64,000 nucleotides of DNA from Candidatus Latescibacterota bacterium (lineage in GTDB: Bacteria; Latescibacterota; UBA2968; UBA8231): positions 4,672,001-4,736,000 of the forward strand of contig OZ253462.1 in the NCBI GenBank assembly GCA_965261395.1, read 5' to 3'. The position numbers were made by a program, and so were the translations under genes. Below are positions 1 to 10,491 of this stretch, piece after piece (position 1 is the first letter of the stretch; each line of letters starts with the position of its first letter). Below the pieces are notes generated by a model. That model was not told the DNA's origin. It worked only from the letters and a program-made list of their open reading frames with translations, and searched no databases.

Positions 1-832
1 AGGCAAAGCGCCGCTCCCAGTACGCCGCAGCCAGCTCGCGGGCGAGCGCTTCGGCCTTGGCAAAGTCGCCGTCGGCAATGACCAGCCCGCCGCTGCCCAT
101 GCCAGCAAAATCGAGATAGGGATGCACCAAGATAGCACTCGTCGAGAGGATGCCGTCGCGGTGCTCACCGGCCTTGGCCAAGGCCATCACTTGCGCGAAG
201 GGATCGTCGTCCTCGGTCGAGCCGTGAATGGCCCCGGTGAGCACCGGCACCTTGGCCATGGCCATCGCGGGTTTGCACGCACCGGCGAGCGTGTCGCATA
301 GCAGACGCGCCCCGCGCTCGCCCGTGGAAAAGGCGTCGCGATGCGGATAGGTTTCCCAAGCTACCAAGCCGTCGGCAGCACGCATCATCTGCGCGGAAAT
401 ATGGGCGTGCAAATCGAGCGTGGCGATAATGGGCACGGCGTCGCCGACCACCGCCCGCACCGCAGCCAGCAAATCCCCTTCCAAATCGACTCCGCCCTCC
501 ACCGCCGCCGCCCCGTGCAGCGGCATGAGGACTCCATCTACCGGGAGCGCCTCGTTGAGCCGCGCCAAAAGCTCTTCCTTGAGCGGGTCGTAACAAGCCC
601 GCGTCAGCGGCCCGCCAGGGCAGGTGCTGGCAAACAACAAGGGCGCGACTTCCACGCCGCGCGCCGCCAGCACGCTGAGCATACCGCCGGCCACTCCGTC
701 TTCGGCTGCGAGCACCTCGCGCCCGCGCCGCAGTTCATAGCGCTCAAACCACGGCAGATCAATCGGCTCGCCGCCGAATTGATTGCACTCCGTAAAAATG
801 GCCCCTAGGGCTACGCGATGCTTGTCGGTCAT
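1..832 (-). CDS. M81 family metallopeptidase (MlrC-like), runs off the left edge (3' partial)
   Basis: Read by hand from ATG at 832: MTDKHRVALGAIFTECNQFGG...GVLMPLHGA...LEGDLL...TLDLHAH...YPHRD...ELAAAYWERRFA. These are typical MlrC/M81 motifs. No stop inside the window, so it is absent from the ORF track. Confidence 0.85.
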   Translation of the reverse strand, partial: MTDKHRVALGAIFTECNQFGGEPIDLPWFERYELRRGREVLAAEDGVAGGMLSVLAARGVEVAPLLFASTCPGGPLTRACYDPLKEELLARLNEALPVDGVLMPLHGAAAVEGGVDLEGDLLAAVRAVVGDAVPIIATLDLHAHISAQMMRAADGLVAWETYPHRDAFSTGERGARLLCDTLAGACKPAMAMAKVPVLTGAIHGSTEDDDPFAQVMALAKAGEHRDGILSTSAILVHPYLDFAGMGSGGLVIADGDFAKAEALARELAAAYWERRFA

Positions 833-910
833 TGTGATTAGTTGGTTAGTGGAATGGAGTTGTGAAACCGCTTCTAATATAGCCAGACTAGAAATGACCG
901 GCGAATTGGC

Positions 911-939
911 TTGCGTCTGTCTCTCCTAGGGGCTACAAT
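911..939 (+). promoter_or_regulatory. putative sigma70 promoter TTGCGT-17-TACAAT
   Basis: TTGCGT at 911-916, 17-nt spacer, TACAAT at 934-939; ATG follows at 949 (near-leaderless). Confidence 0.55.
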
Positions 940-948
940 CGGCGGGCA

Positions 949-1143
949 ATGGATATTGTTTGGGAGTACCTCACCGACCTCCAAGGCCGCGGTTCGGCCT
1001 ACGCTATCGCCGCGTTGCTCGCCCTCGTCTGGTGGGTGGGCCGGAGTTTCGTCCGCCTCTACCACCAAGCGACCAGCGGGGCCAGCCGCTTAGAACGCCC
1101 CAAAGAAGAGGAACGCCCGCGTCGGCGCTTGCCGCTCGATTAA
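949..1143 (+). CDS. small single-pass membrane protein (64 aa)
   Basis: Hydrophobic stretch AYAIAALLALVWWVG followed by a charged tail; promoter directly upstream; stop 2 nt before the next ATG. Confidence 0.6.
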   Translation: MDIVWEYLTDLQGRGSAYAIAALLALVWWVGRSFVRLYHQATSGASRLERPKEEERPRRRLPLD

Positions 1144-1145
1144 AC

Positions 1146-2321
1146 ATGCAGCCAGACCACTTCGCCGCCTGGCACGACGAGGATCTCGTCCGCGCCCTCA
1201 CCCTAGAACGCGCCAACTATCAAGACCCCTACCTAGCCAGCGTCGCCGCCGAACTGGCACGCCGCAACGTCGATCCCCGAGCTTTCATCGACCAAGTCGA
1301 AGTCCGCTACCACGCAGACGCCTCCGCAACCTGCACCATCGCCCAAGCCCTCGCAAAAGCCAGCGAAGAGTTGCCGCTGTGGCATCTGCTGGCCTTTACC
1401 CGCTACTTCGGCGATACCCTCGTCGTCCAGCGCGAGCTGCGCTCCTCGCTGGTGAACGTTTATCGGGGCGAGGAGTATGCCTTCTCTTTCTTCGTCGCCG
1501 AGGGCCAGTCCCTACAAGACCTGCTGCGCCGTTTCCTGACCCTAGCGGATTGGGGTCACCTCGCGGGCACAACCTATCAGCTCGATAGCTGGCAGCCCCT
1601 CCTCCGTACCCGCTCACCCCGCTACGTGCAAAAAATCGCCACGGCCTTAGCCGACGAGGGACTGCTCTTCACCGTCCAGACCCCGGTCTTGAGCCACGAC
1701 CCGCGCGGCCAGCTAACCCTGCTGGTCCCCGATCCCGCCCCGGCGGCCATCGCGGTCCTGCACAAGGTGGAAGACCACCTCAGCACCCTCCGCGACCAAG
1801 CCACTGCCGCCTTTGCGGCAAACGACCGCGACCGCGAGCTTGCCATCTACGCCGAGCTTGTCGCCTACGGGCTAAACAACCCGGCCATCTACTACAACCT
1901 AGCCAGCGCACTCGCCGAAGCCGGGCGCTACGCCGAGGCCGCCACCGCCTTTGTCGAAGCCGCATCCCTGAGCCTTGCCGCGCTCGACGTCCAGGTCCCG
2001 TTCCAGTCCCGCCGGAGCACCGGGGGGCTGGGGGGGACTTTCGGGATGGTGGGGACGTTGATCTCGGCGCTCAAACCGGGCGAGAAGACGCCAACAGATG
2101 AGCAGCGCGAGGTCCCCGATTACATCGAAGACATTGAGCTACAGCTTGCACACCTACTCAAACGCCTACCCCAAGACCTCAACATCCTCCACGCCCTAGC
2201 CGCCATCGCCGCCATCCGCCACGACGTCCCCCGCGCCCGCGAACACTACCGACAAATCACAGAGATCAACCCCGCCGACGAAACGGCTAAGCACTACTTG
2301 GCCGAACAGGCGGGCGAGTAG
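1146..2321 (+). CDS. hypothetical protein with C-terminal TPR-like repeats
   Basis: Start reassigned to ATG 1146 (MQPDHF); TPR-like segments IYYNLASALAEAGRYAEA and AREHYRQITEINP. Confidence 0.7.
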   Translation: MQPDHFAAWHDEDLVRALTLERANYQDPYLASVAAELARRNVDPRAFIDQVEVRYHADASATCTIAQALAKASEELPLWHLLAFTRYFGDTLVVQRELRSSLVNVYRGEEYAFSFFVAEGQSLQDLLRRFLTLADWGHLAGTTYQLDSWQPLLRTRSPRYVQKIATALADEGLLFTVQTPVLSHDPRGQLTLLVPDPAPAAIAVLHKVEDHLSTLRDQATAAFAANDRDRELAIYAELVAYGLNNPAIYYNLASALAEAGRYAEAATAFVEAASLSLAALDVQVPFQSRRSTGGLGGTFGMVGTLISALKPGEKTPTDEQREVPDYIEDIELQLAHLLKRLPQDLNILHALAAIAAIRHDVPRAREHYRQITEINPADETAKHYLAEQAGE

Positions 2322-2408
2322 AATTATAGAAAACTGGAGAAGAAGGATTTTGCAGCGCGAGCACCTGACCTTATCGGGGCTACCTGGACTACTGAATCGT
2401 CCCGCCGC

Positions 2409-3485
2409 TCACCAAGACAATGGCTCGAATCCCATGCGCTGCGTCAGCTTGCGTGCGGCTTGCGCCACCTGCGGATGCGGGTCGTAGAGCGCGGCCTCAA
2501 AGCTGTCGCGATGCGTGCTCGGGTCGAGGCGGTCGAGGAATTTGGCCGCGCTCAGCCGCACGTGCGGCACCGGGTCGGTCAGGCCGCGCCAAAACCACTT
2601 CGGGGCCTCCTCTCCGCCGCGCAGGACCAGCACCTCAATAGCCGCACCGCGCACCGCCTTGTGCTCGCTTGCCGCATACGGAGCTAGCACCTCCGGCTGA
2701 ATGTCCTCGCAACGCCGCATCACCTTGAGGACGCCGACCCCGCTTTGCGGATGGTCCTCGCCGAGCAGCAAGACGCACCACTCAAACAGGTCCGGGTCGG
2801 CTAAGTCGGCCAAAAGCTGTAGGCCGCGCACCTGCCGCTGCGGCTTGTCCGACTCCAAGCAAGCGATGGCCTCTTCCTCGCGGTGATCGACGGGCGCTGC
2901 ACTTGTGAGCCCGGCCTGCAGCGCCTCGGCTTCCCGCGCCACCTTGGGCCAGACCCGCAAGTGCTCAAAGTCGATCTCCACCTCGGCAAAGCGGTCGGGG
3001 ATCCACTGTGCGGCACGGGCGAGCAGCTCCTTCTCGCCGATCCGCGCATGGGGATGGGTCGCTAGCCGGTTATCGATCCAGCGAGCCAAACGCAGGACGC
3101 CTTCGTGGCGAGCGCTGACGCCTTTGTGCGCCTTGACACCCAACACGGCATTGATCCAGCGGGCGATCTCCTCGGCACTTTCCGGGATGCCCAGCCCGTA
3201 GTGGCTGCGCAGCGAAGACGCGGGAATGCCCCCGTTGATCGAGATGACCCCGCCGCTTTCGCGCACCTGCCGACCGCCGTAGCGCCGACGCAAGGTTTCC
3301 AAGTCAACATCTACGGCCAGCACAATGGGGCGATCCCGCGTGTGCTGCGATTTGGCGTGTGCCCGTTGCTTGGCGTAACTCTTGCTCCGCGAAAGCCACA
3401 CCCGCCGCGAGGGCGACCGGGACTGAAAGCCGTCGCGGGCGATCTCACGCGCAGCGCGGCGCGTCGTGCCGTGATAGACGATCAT
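2409..3485 (-). CDS. Tpt1/KptA-like ADP-ribosyltransferase-fold domain fused to HEAT repeats
   Basis: N-terminus YHGT..I...GF....RRVWLS.....A...PIVLAVD...GGV....IP..L; C-terminal HEAT repeats (VRGAAIEVL, DPVPHVRLSAAKFL, DPHPQVAQAA). Confidence 0.65.
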   Translation of the reverse strand: MIVYHGTTRRAAREIARDGFQSRSPSRRVWLSRSKSYAKQRAHAKSQHTRDRPIVLAVDVDLETLRRRYGGRQVRESGGVISINGGIPASSLRSHYGLGIPESAEEIARWINAVLGVKAHKGVSARHEGVLRLARWIDNRLATHPHARIGEKELLARAAQWIPDRFAEVEIDFEHLRVWPKVAREAEALQAGLTSAAPVDHREEEAIACLESDKPQRQVRGLQLLADLADPDLFEWCVLLLGEDHPQSGVGVLKVMRRCEDIQPEVLAPYAASEHKAVRGAAIEVLVLRGGEEAPKWFWRGLTDPVPHVRLSAAKFLDRLDPSTHRDSFEAALYDPHPQVAQAARKLTQRMGFEPLSW

Positions 3486-3542
3486 AATGGAACCTCCTAG
3501 CTATCGCGCCCTACTCGGACGCCTGTGGCCAGAATGGCGTTC

Positions 3543-4439
3543 TCACTTTACAATGTCAAGTTTTTCGTCCGGCCCTCGCGTGCAGCGAACTAAGCAGCGC
3601 AGTTCGGCGAGCGGATCGGTGGGGCAGTTCCTTTGATAATCTCTCACCCGCTCCAGCCACGCGGCCTCCCAATCACCACCCTGATAGCGGTGCAACGTCG
3701 CCAAGGCACCTACGGCTGCGGCTTGGATGGCCCCCGGCTTTTCCGCGCTCCACACGCTAGCATTGCACGCGCTGCGGATGCCGCCTTCAGCCGGGTCCCA
3801 AGCCGCCTCTACGTGTTGGCGTAGGTAGCGACCTGCCAAGGTGATAAGGTGCGTCTCGCCTCGATGGCTAGCCTCGTCCAACACCGCCGTCAGCGCGGCG
3901 AGGGCCGACTCGCTGTGTACATAGGCTCCCCAGTGATCGTCAAAGCGGAAGAAATCGCAGCGGACGGCAAAGAGCAACAGCCCCAAGTCCGGGTGGTAGT
4001 GGTAGTTCAAGATGGCGGCTACGGCGCGGGCAGCCGCTATTTGCAACTCGCGGTCGGCGCGGGCGTGCAAAAGGCGCGTACACACGCTTAGCACCTGCGC
4101 CCAGTCCCCGAGACAGCGCGCTCCCTCGGGCATGGACTCGCCGACGTAATCCTCCGCGTCGCAACGCGCTAGGCTTTGCAGCACAAGCGTCCGCGCCCGT
4201 TTCCAGTATCCACAGGCCGCCAGCCCCTCGGCCAACGCAAGGGAGCCGCAGACCGCAGCCTTGTCGCACTCGCCGCTTCTACTGTCTTCGGCCACCTGCT
4301 CGGCCAGCATCCGGTAGCGCGGCTGATCCCGCAAATGCGCCAGTGCCCACAACAATTGGCCATCTCGGAGCACACTCGTGCCGCTCGCCAACAGTGCCTC
4401 AACGGACTTTGCAGCAGCCTCGGCGATCCGCTCACCCAT
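3543..4439 (-). CDS. hypothetical protein, divergent AGE/N-acylglucosamine-2-epimerase-like alpha/alpha barrel
   Basis: Start at ATG 4439 just after the upstream stop; helical repeats, with RQHVEAAWDPAEGGI...W...K resembling the AGE-family C-terminal region. Confidence 0.45.
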   Translation of the reverse strand: MGERIAEAAAKSVEALLASGTSVLRDGQLLWALAHLRDQPRYRMLAEQVAEDSRSGECDKAAVCGSLALAEGLAACGYWKRARTLVLQSLARCDAEDYVGESMPEGARCLGDWAQVLSVCTRLLHARADRELQIAAARAVAAILNYHYHPDLGLLLFAVRCDFFRFDDHWGAYVHSESALAALTAVLDEASHRGETHLITLAGRYLRQHVEAAWDPAEGGIRSACNASVWSAEKPGAIQAAAVGALATLHRYQGGDWEAAWLERVRDYQRNCPTDPLAELRCLVRCTRGPDEKLDIVK

Positions 4440-4441
4440 TG

Positions 4442-5443
4442 CTAAAACTGCCCACTGCGGGATTCGTATCGGGTCGGCTTGCCCAAGCTCGGGCCGCCGG
4501 CCATGACCCACTCGGCCACCGTGCGTAGCATCTGCTCCGAGCCGACGCGCGGGCGGCCAAATTCCGCGCACAAGCGCTGGCTATTCCCCAAGAGGGCGTC
4601 CGGGGCTTCCGCGCCCGTGAAGCGGGGCGTTTTGCCCATGATCTTCCCTAGTTGTTCGGCTAACTCGCGCACGGATAAGACCTCCGGGCCGGTCAGGTTG
4701 ATGATGTCGGCCGGGCTGTGGCACAAGGGAAAGAAGCGGCACAGATAGGCGTTGGCGTCGCCCTGCCAAATTTGGTTGACGTACCCCATGGTCAGGTCAA
4801 TCGGCTCTTGCTGCCATACCTTATCGGCCAGATCGCGGATAATGCCGTAGCGCGGCTCGGTGGCGTAAAACAGCCGCGCAATCAGCAAGGGCGTCCCCCG
4901 CACCCGCGACGCGTACTGGGCGATCCGCTCGCCGCCCAAGCGCGATTGGGCGTATTCGCCCACCGGACCCAAAGCCCCATCTTCGGCCGATCCCGGTCCC
5001 GGAGCCTTGGCATACGCATACACGTTGCCGGAACTCACATAGACGATCCGCGACTGTGCGTAGCGCGCCATCATCGCGCCGGGCAATGCGGTGTTCATCG
5101 CCCAAGTCGCATCTTCATTGCCAGTGGCCCCAAACTTAAACCCAGCGAGCAAAATGACGTTGGGTGCATCGGGCAGTTCCTTCAGCGCCTCGTCGGCCAG
5201 CAGGTCGCAGGCAATGGTTTGCACACCGACGTCCTCCAAGTAGCGCCGCTTTTCCGCATCCCCAAAGCGCGCCACCCCCACCACCTGCCGCGCCCCGGCC
5301 CGCACCAACAGCTCGGCCAAGGTCGGTCCCATTTTGCCGCTGACCCCCAGCAGCAGGATCGGCCCGTCCAACTGGCGCACGGCCTCCACGACTTCGGGCG
5401 CCGGGGTCGTCATGTCGCCGATAAGCGCGGCTTCGCTGACCAT
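4442..5443 (-). CDS. NAD-dependent epimerase/dehydratase family protein
   Basis: Rossmann motif LGVSGKMG, then AGFKFG, SSGNVY and YAQSR. Confidence 0.85.
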   Translation of the reverse strand: MVSEAALIGDMTTPAPEVVEAVRQLDGPILLLGVSGKMGPTLAELLVRAGARQVVGVARFGDAEKRRYLEDVGVQTIACDLLADEALKELPDAPNVILLAGFKFGATGNEDATWAMNTALPGAMMARYAQSRIVYVSSGNVYAYAKAPGPGSAEDGALGPVGEYAQSRLGGERIAQYASRVRGTPLLIARLFYATEPRYGIIRDLADKVWQQEPIDLTMGYVNQIWQGDANAYLCRFFPLCHSPADIINLTGPEVLSVRELAEQLGKIMGKTPRFTGAEAPDALLGNSQRLCAEFGRPRVGSEQMLRTVAEWVMAGGPSLGKPTRYESRSGQF

Positions 5444-5445
5444 AT

Positions 5446-6399
5446 TCACCTCTCTTTCACGCATTGCACGCCCTCGGCGGCGAGGCCGAGGACCAAAGTT
5501 CGCGCGGCAATCCCTTCTTTAGCCCATGCGTGCTGCATGGCACCGGCCACCTCCGCGCCTTGGCCGCTGACCAACGCCAACGCGGTCGGCCCGGCTCCGC
5601 TCAAGGCCGCACCCAACGCTCCTGCCGCTGTAGCCGCGGCCAACACCGCCTCCATCCCCGGTACCAGGACCGTGCGATAGGGCTGGTGCAACCGATCTTG
5701 CATTCCGGTCCGCAGCAAGCTGTAGTCGCCCTGTTGCAGCGCGACCACCAACAAGCCGACGCGCCCGGCGTTAAATATCGCGTCCCGCCGCTCAACCTGC
5801 TCCGGCAGCACGCTCCGCGACTTAGGAGTGGGCAGGGGAAAATCCGGTATGGCCACGACCGCGGCCAAATCCCTCGGCGGCTCAATCCGCGCCCACGCAA
5901 CCTGATCGCCGTCCAAGGCCGCGATGACAATCCCTCCCAACGCGCAGGGCGCAACATTGTCCGGGTGCCCCTCCTCAGCCACGCCCTCCCGCAAGACCGC
6001 CTCCCGATCCAGCCCCATCCCGCACAACTCGGCTCCGGCGGTCAAGCCAGCGACTAGGGCCGCCGAGCTGCTGCCCAGCCCACTGGCCAGCGGAATCTGG
6101 CTATCGATCGCCAAGCGCAGCCGCCTGGGCGTCTTGCCAGCTCGTGCATAGGCGCGCGCTACCCCTTGATAGACAGCGTTGCGCTCGTCCAAGGGCACGC
6201 TCGCGCTCCCCTCGCCCGTGGCTACGATCTCCAAACCCTCGCCCTCCCTTTCTTCCACCGCCAAATCCATGTACAATTCCAGCGCCAATCCCAAGCAGTC
6301 AAAGCCCGCTCCGAGATTCGCCGACGTGGCGGGTGCGCGCACCCTCACCTGTTTCACTGGCGGCGCGGCTGCCTTGTCCATGGAGGCTCTCTTATCCAT
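5446..6399 (-). CDS. thrB: homoserine kinase
   Basis: PATSANLGAGFD, IPLASGLGSSSAA, EGHPDNVAP, SGAGPT. Confidence 0.95.
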   Translation of the reverse strand: MDKRASMDKAAAPPVKQVRVRAPATSANLGAGFDCLGLALELYMDLAVEEREGEGLEIVATGEGSASVPLDERNAVYQGVARAYARAGKTPRRLRLAIDSQIPLASGLGSSSAALVAGLTAGAELCGMGLDREAVLREGVAEEGHPDNVAPCALGGIVIAALDGDQVAWARIEPPRDLAAVVAIPDFPLPTPKSRSVLPEQVERRDAIFNAGRVGLLVVALQQGDYSLLRTGMQDRLHQPYRTVLVPGMEAVLAAATAAGALGAALSGAGPTALALVSGQGAEVAGAMQHAWAKEGIAARTLVLGLAAEGVQCVKER

Positions 6400-6433
6400 T
6401 TTTACTTAAACCTCATTCCAACCCAATAAAACT

Positions 6434-7276
6434 ATGCGTATCGACTCTCATCTGCACGTCTTCGCTCGCCCCAGCGCCGAGTTCCCGCGCGAGATCACCG
6501 CGAGCATGCCCGCCGAGCGCCAAGCACCCGTCGAGGATCTCTTGGCACACATGGCCGCCCATGCCATCGACAAGGCCGTGCTCGTGCAAACCGGCGGCAC
6601 CAGCCTCGCGCATCACGCCTATTTACAACACTGCCTGCGCACCTATCCCGACCGTTTCTTGGGCATCGGCTTGATACCGCCCGACACACCCGAGCCCGCC
6701 GACCACATGGATCGCCTCGCCGAAGACGGCTCGATCATCGGCTTCCGGCTCCGCTCGCTCGGCGACTTTTCCCAGCCTATATGGGAACACGCCGCCCGCC
6801 AAGACTACGTGCTCTGGCTCTACCTGCGCGCGCCCTCCGCCCCGCTGCTGCCTCAGTTCCTCACCGATTTTCCCCAAGTGCGCGTCGTAATCAATCACCT
6901 CATGGTCTGTCCAAGCGGGGACCGGTTCACGTGGGATGCCAAGGGCCGCCCGCAAATCGACGTGGAGATGCCGCCGCCGACCGGGTTCCTCGGACTCGCG
7001 CCCGACTCCCCCAACGTCTGCGTCCACCTGTCGGGTCAATACGCCACGGGCAAGGCGGCCTATCCCTATCCCGACTTAGCCGCTTGGCACCGCAGCCTGC
7101 TGTCTGCCTTTGGTGCCGAACGCCTGCTGTGGGCTTCGGATTTTCCCTGGATTGTCGCCGATCCCGGCTACGGCGAGTGCGTCGAGGTGCTCGACCACCT
7201 TTTGCCCGATTTGAGCAGCGATCAGCGCCAGCTCATCATGGGCGAGACTGCACGGCGCTTCCTCGGCTTTCGGTGA
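6434..7276 (+). CDS. amidohydrolase family protein (Amidohydro_2)
   Basis: IDSHLH, INHL, RLLWASDFPW. Confidence 0.85.
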   Translation: MRIDSHLHVFARPSAEFPREITASMPAERQAPVEDLLAHMAAHAIDKAVLVQTGGTSLAHHAYLQHCLRTYPDRFLGIGLIPPDTPEPADHMDRLAEDGSIIGFRLRSLGDFSQPIWEHAARQDYVLWLYLRAPSAPLLPQFLTDFPQVRVVINHLMVCPSGDRFTWDAKGRPQIDVEMPPPTGFLGLAPDSPNVCVHLSGQYATGKAAYPYPDLAAWHRSLLSAFGAERLLWASDFPWIVADPGYGECVEVLDHLLPDLSSDQRQLIMGETARRFLGFR

Positions 7277-7287
7277 CGGAAGTGCAC

Positions 7288-7318
7288 AAAAAATTCTTCA
7301 GGATTACCTTGAAGAATT
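7288..7318 (-). terminator. A/T-rich hairpin between convergent genes, possible terminator
   Basis: AATTCTTCA (7292-7300) pairs with TGAAGAATT (7310-7318); the adjacent A-run reads as a U-tract on the minus strand. Confidence 0.4.
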
Positions 7319-7366
7319 GAAAAACAGAATTCAGGGATGCTTGGGGCAGCGGTTCTGCGAAGTCCC

Positions 7367-8383
<1,017 letters not shown>

Positions 8384-9766
8384 CTAATCTTCTTCCGGCT
8401 CCGACCGCCACCCGGGTGCCATTGCATCGTACGTGGCACTTTCCTTGTTCCACATCAAATCCACCGAGCCAACGGGGCCGTTGCGCTGCTTGCCAATGAT
8501 GATCTGGGCACGGCCCTCGAGGCTCTCGCCATCTGGTGACTTGAGCCCGTACATCTCCGGGCGATAGATGAACATCACCACATCGGCGTCCTGCTCCAAG
8601 CTGCCCGACTCCCGCAAGTCCGATAGCTGTGGCCGCCGGTCCGTGCGGCTTTCTACGGCGCGCGACAACTGCGACAAGGCCAAGACCGGCACGTCCAATT
8701 CTTTCGCCATGGCCTTGAGGCCGCGCGAGATATGCGAAATCTCCTGCTCGCGGCTCTGCGTCCTCATGTGCCCGCTCATGAGCTGGAGATAGTCAATCAC
8801 GACCATGCCAACCCCATGCTCGCGCTGCAGGCGCCGCGCCTTGGCTCGCGCTTCGAGCACCGAGATGCCAGGCGTGTCGTCGATGTAGATAGGCGCTCGG
8901 GCCAAGCGGTCGATATTGTGCGTTAGGTGCATCCAGTCTTCGTCGCGCAGCCGCCCGGTGCGGAGCTTGTGCAAATCGACCTTGGTCTCGATGCTGAGCA
9001 GGCGCTGAGCTAGTTGCAGCTTAGACATTTCCAAGCTGAAAATCGCCATCCCGATCCCGGCGTCCACGGCCGCATTGCGCGCCAGCGTCAGCGCGAAGGC
9101 CGTCTTGCCGACGCTGGGCCGCGCCGCGAGAATGATCAGATCGCCCTTCTGAAAACCCGACATCTGGTCGTTGAGATCGGCAAAACCCGTATCCACCCCC
9201 AAGACCGTGCCCGCCCCCGCATGGACGCGCTCGAGGTGCTCGAAGGTTTCGCCCATCACCTTTTCTAGCGGTTCAAAGCCATCGCCGAGTTGGTTTTCGC
9301 TCAGGCTGAAAAGCTCCTGCTCGGCCTTGTCGATTAGAGTCTGGACGTCCTCGTCGGCCGCGTACGCCCGCTCGATGACCCCGCTGGCAGTCTCGATCAA
9401 TTTGCGGCTCAGCGCCTTCTCCAAAACGATCCGCGCGTGAAAGTCGATATTGGCTGTCGTGGCCACTTCAGCCCCCAGCTTGGCCAGATAGACGACCCCG
9501 CCGACGTCGTCGAGTTGGTTGCGGCGCTTGAGTTCCTCGGTCAAGGTTAGCTGATCGACCGGCGTGCCCTGCTCAAAAAGGGTACTCATGGCCGCGAATA
9601 TCCGGCTGTGCGAGGCGTGGTAGAAATAGCTTTCGTCGAGGATTTCAATAGCGCGGACAATGGCCCGCTGCTCTAGCATCATCGCCCCGAGCACGGCCTG
9701 CTCGACTTCTACAGCCTGCGGCGGCATCCGCCCGAGATCCTGCGCTTCCATTGGACTCTGGGTCAT
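8384..9766 (-). CDS. dnaB: replicative DNA helicase
   Basis: PPQAVEVEQAVLG, AARPSVGKT, IDYLQLM, SQLSR, SDLRESGSLEQDAD, KQRNGP; no intein. Confidence 0.97.
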   Translation of the reverse strand: MTQSPMEAQDLGRMPPQAVEVEQAVLGAMMLEQRAIVRAIEILDESYFYHASHSRIFAAMSTLFEQGTPVDQLTLTEELKRRNQLDDVGGVVYLAKLGAEVATTANIDFHARIVLEKALSRKLIETASGVIERAYAADEDVQTLIDKAEQELFSLSENQLGDGFEPLEKVMGETFEHLERVHAGAGTVLGVDTGFADLNDQMSGFQKGDLIILAARPSVGKTAFALTLARNAAVDAGIGMAIFSLEMSKLQLAQRLLSIETKVDLHKLRTGRLRDEDWMHLTHNIDRLARAPIYIDDTPGISVLEARAKARRLQREHGVGMVVIDYLQLMSGHMRTQSREQEISHISRGLKAMAKELDVPVLALSQLSRAVESRTDRRPQLSDLRESGSLEQDADVVMFIYRPEMYGLKSPDGESLEGRAQIIIGKQRNGPVGSVDLMWNKESATYDAMAPGWRSEPEED

Positions 9767-9783
9767 GGTTCAGCTCCAAAAAC

Positions 9784-10467
9784 TTAGAGTTCGACCCCGT
9801 CGTAGAGCTTCCGCACCCGCTTGATGTCCTCCCAAGTCGGGCGCTTCCACTGGGGGTTGCGCAAGAGGGCGGCCGGGTGGTACGTGGCCACCAAGGGGAT
9901 GCCCTCGTAGTGGTGCGACTGGTCGCGCAAGCGGCCCATGGGCTCGCGGCTGCGGAGCAGAGTCTGCGCGGCAAAGCGGCCCAAGGTGCAGATGACGCGG
10001 GGCTGGACGATTTCGATCTGGCGCTTGAGATACGGCTCGCACTGCTCGATTTCGTCGGGCTGGGGGTCGCGGTTATTGGGCGGGCGGCACTTGAGTATGT
10101 TGCAGATATAGACCTCGTCGCGGGATAGGCCCATGGCCTCGATGATCTTGGTCAGCAGTTGACCGGCTTTCCCCACAAAGGGCTGGCCCGCGCGGTCTTC
10201 CTCGGCCCCTGGAGCCTCGCCGATGAACATAATGCCGGCCGCTGGATCGCCGCTGCCAAACACGAACTGCTGCCGCGTCGCGCCCAGCCGACAGCGGGTG
10301 CAATCGCAAATCTGGCGACGAAAGGCCTCCAAGTCCCCGACCGCTGGTTCCTCCGCGCCGGTCGCGGCAACCGACTCCGGTGCGGTGAATTGGGTCCCCT
10401 CAAAGGCCACTAAATCGGACAAGTAGCGCCGGGCCTCGGACAGCGCGTCCTCGTTTCGCTCCTCCAT
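9784..10467 (-). CDS. uracil-DNA glycosylase family 4 (Fe-S)
   Basis: [39 protein letters not shown]. Confidence 0.93.
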   Translation of the reverse strand: MEERNEDALSEARRYLSDLVAFEGTQFTAPESVAATGAEEPAVGDLEAFRRQICDCTRCRLGATRQQFVFGSGDPAAGIMFIGEAPGAEEDRAGQPFVGKAGQLLTKIIEAMGLSRDEVYICNILKCRPPNNRDPQPDEIEQCEPYLKRQIEIVQPRVICTLGRFAAQTLLRSREPMGRLRDQSHHYEGIPLVATYHPAALLRNPQWKRPTWEDIKRVRKLYDGVEL

Positions 10468-10491
10468 GACGACATCCTCGCTCAGTACGGG

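Noticed and set aside
7275-7366. Possible degenerate MITE (GACGGAAGTGCACAAA ... TTCTGCGAAGTCCCTC) around the A/T-rich hairpin
   Set aside because: The ends match only with a gap and several mismatches, and there is no clear target duplication.
8384-9766. Possible intein in DnaB
   Set aside because: 460 aa with continuous motifs; no insertion.
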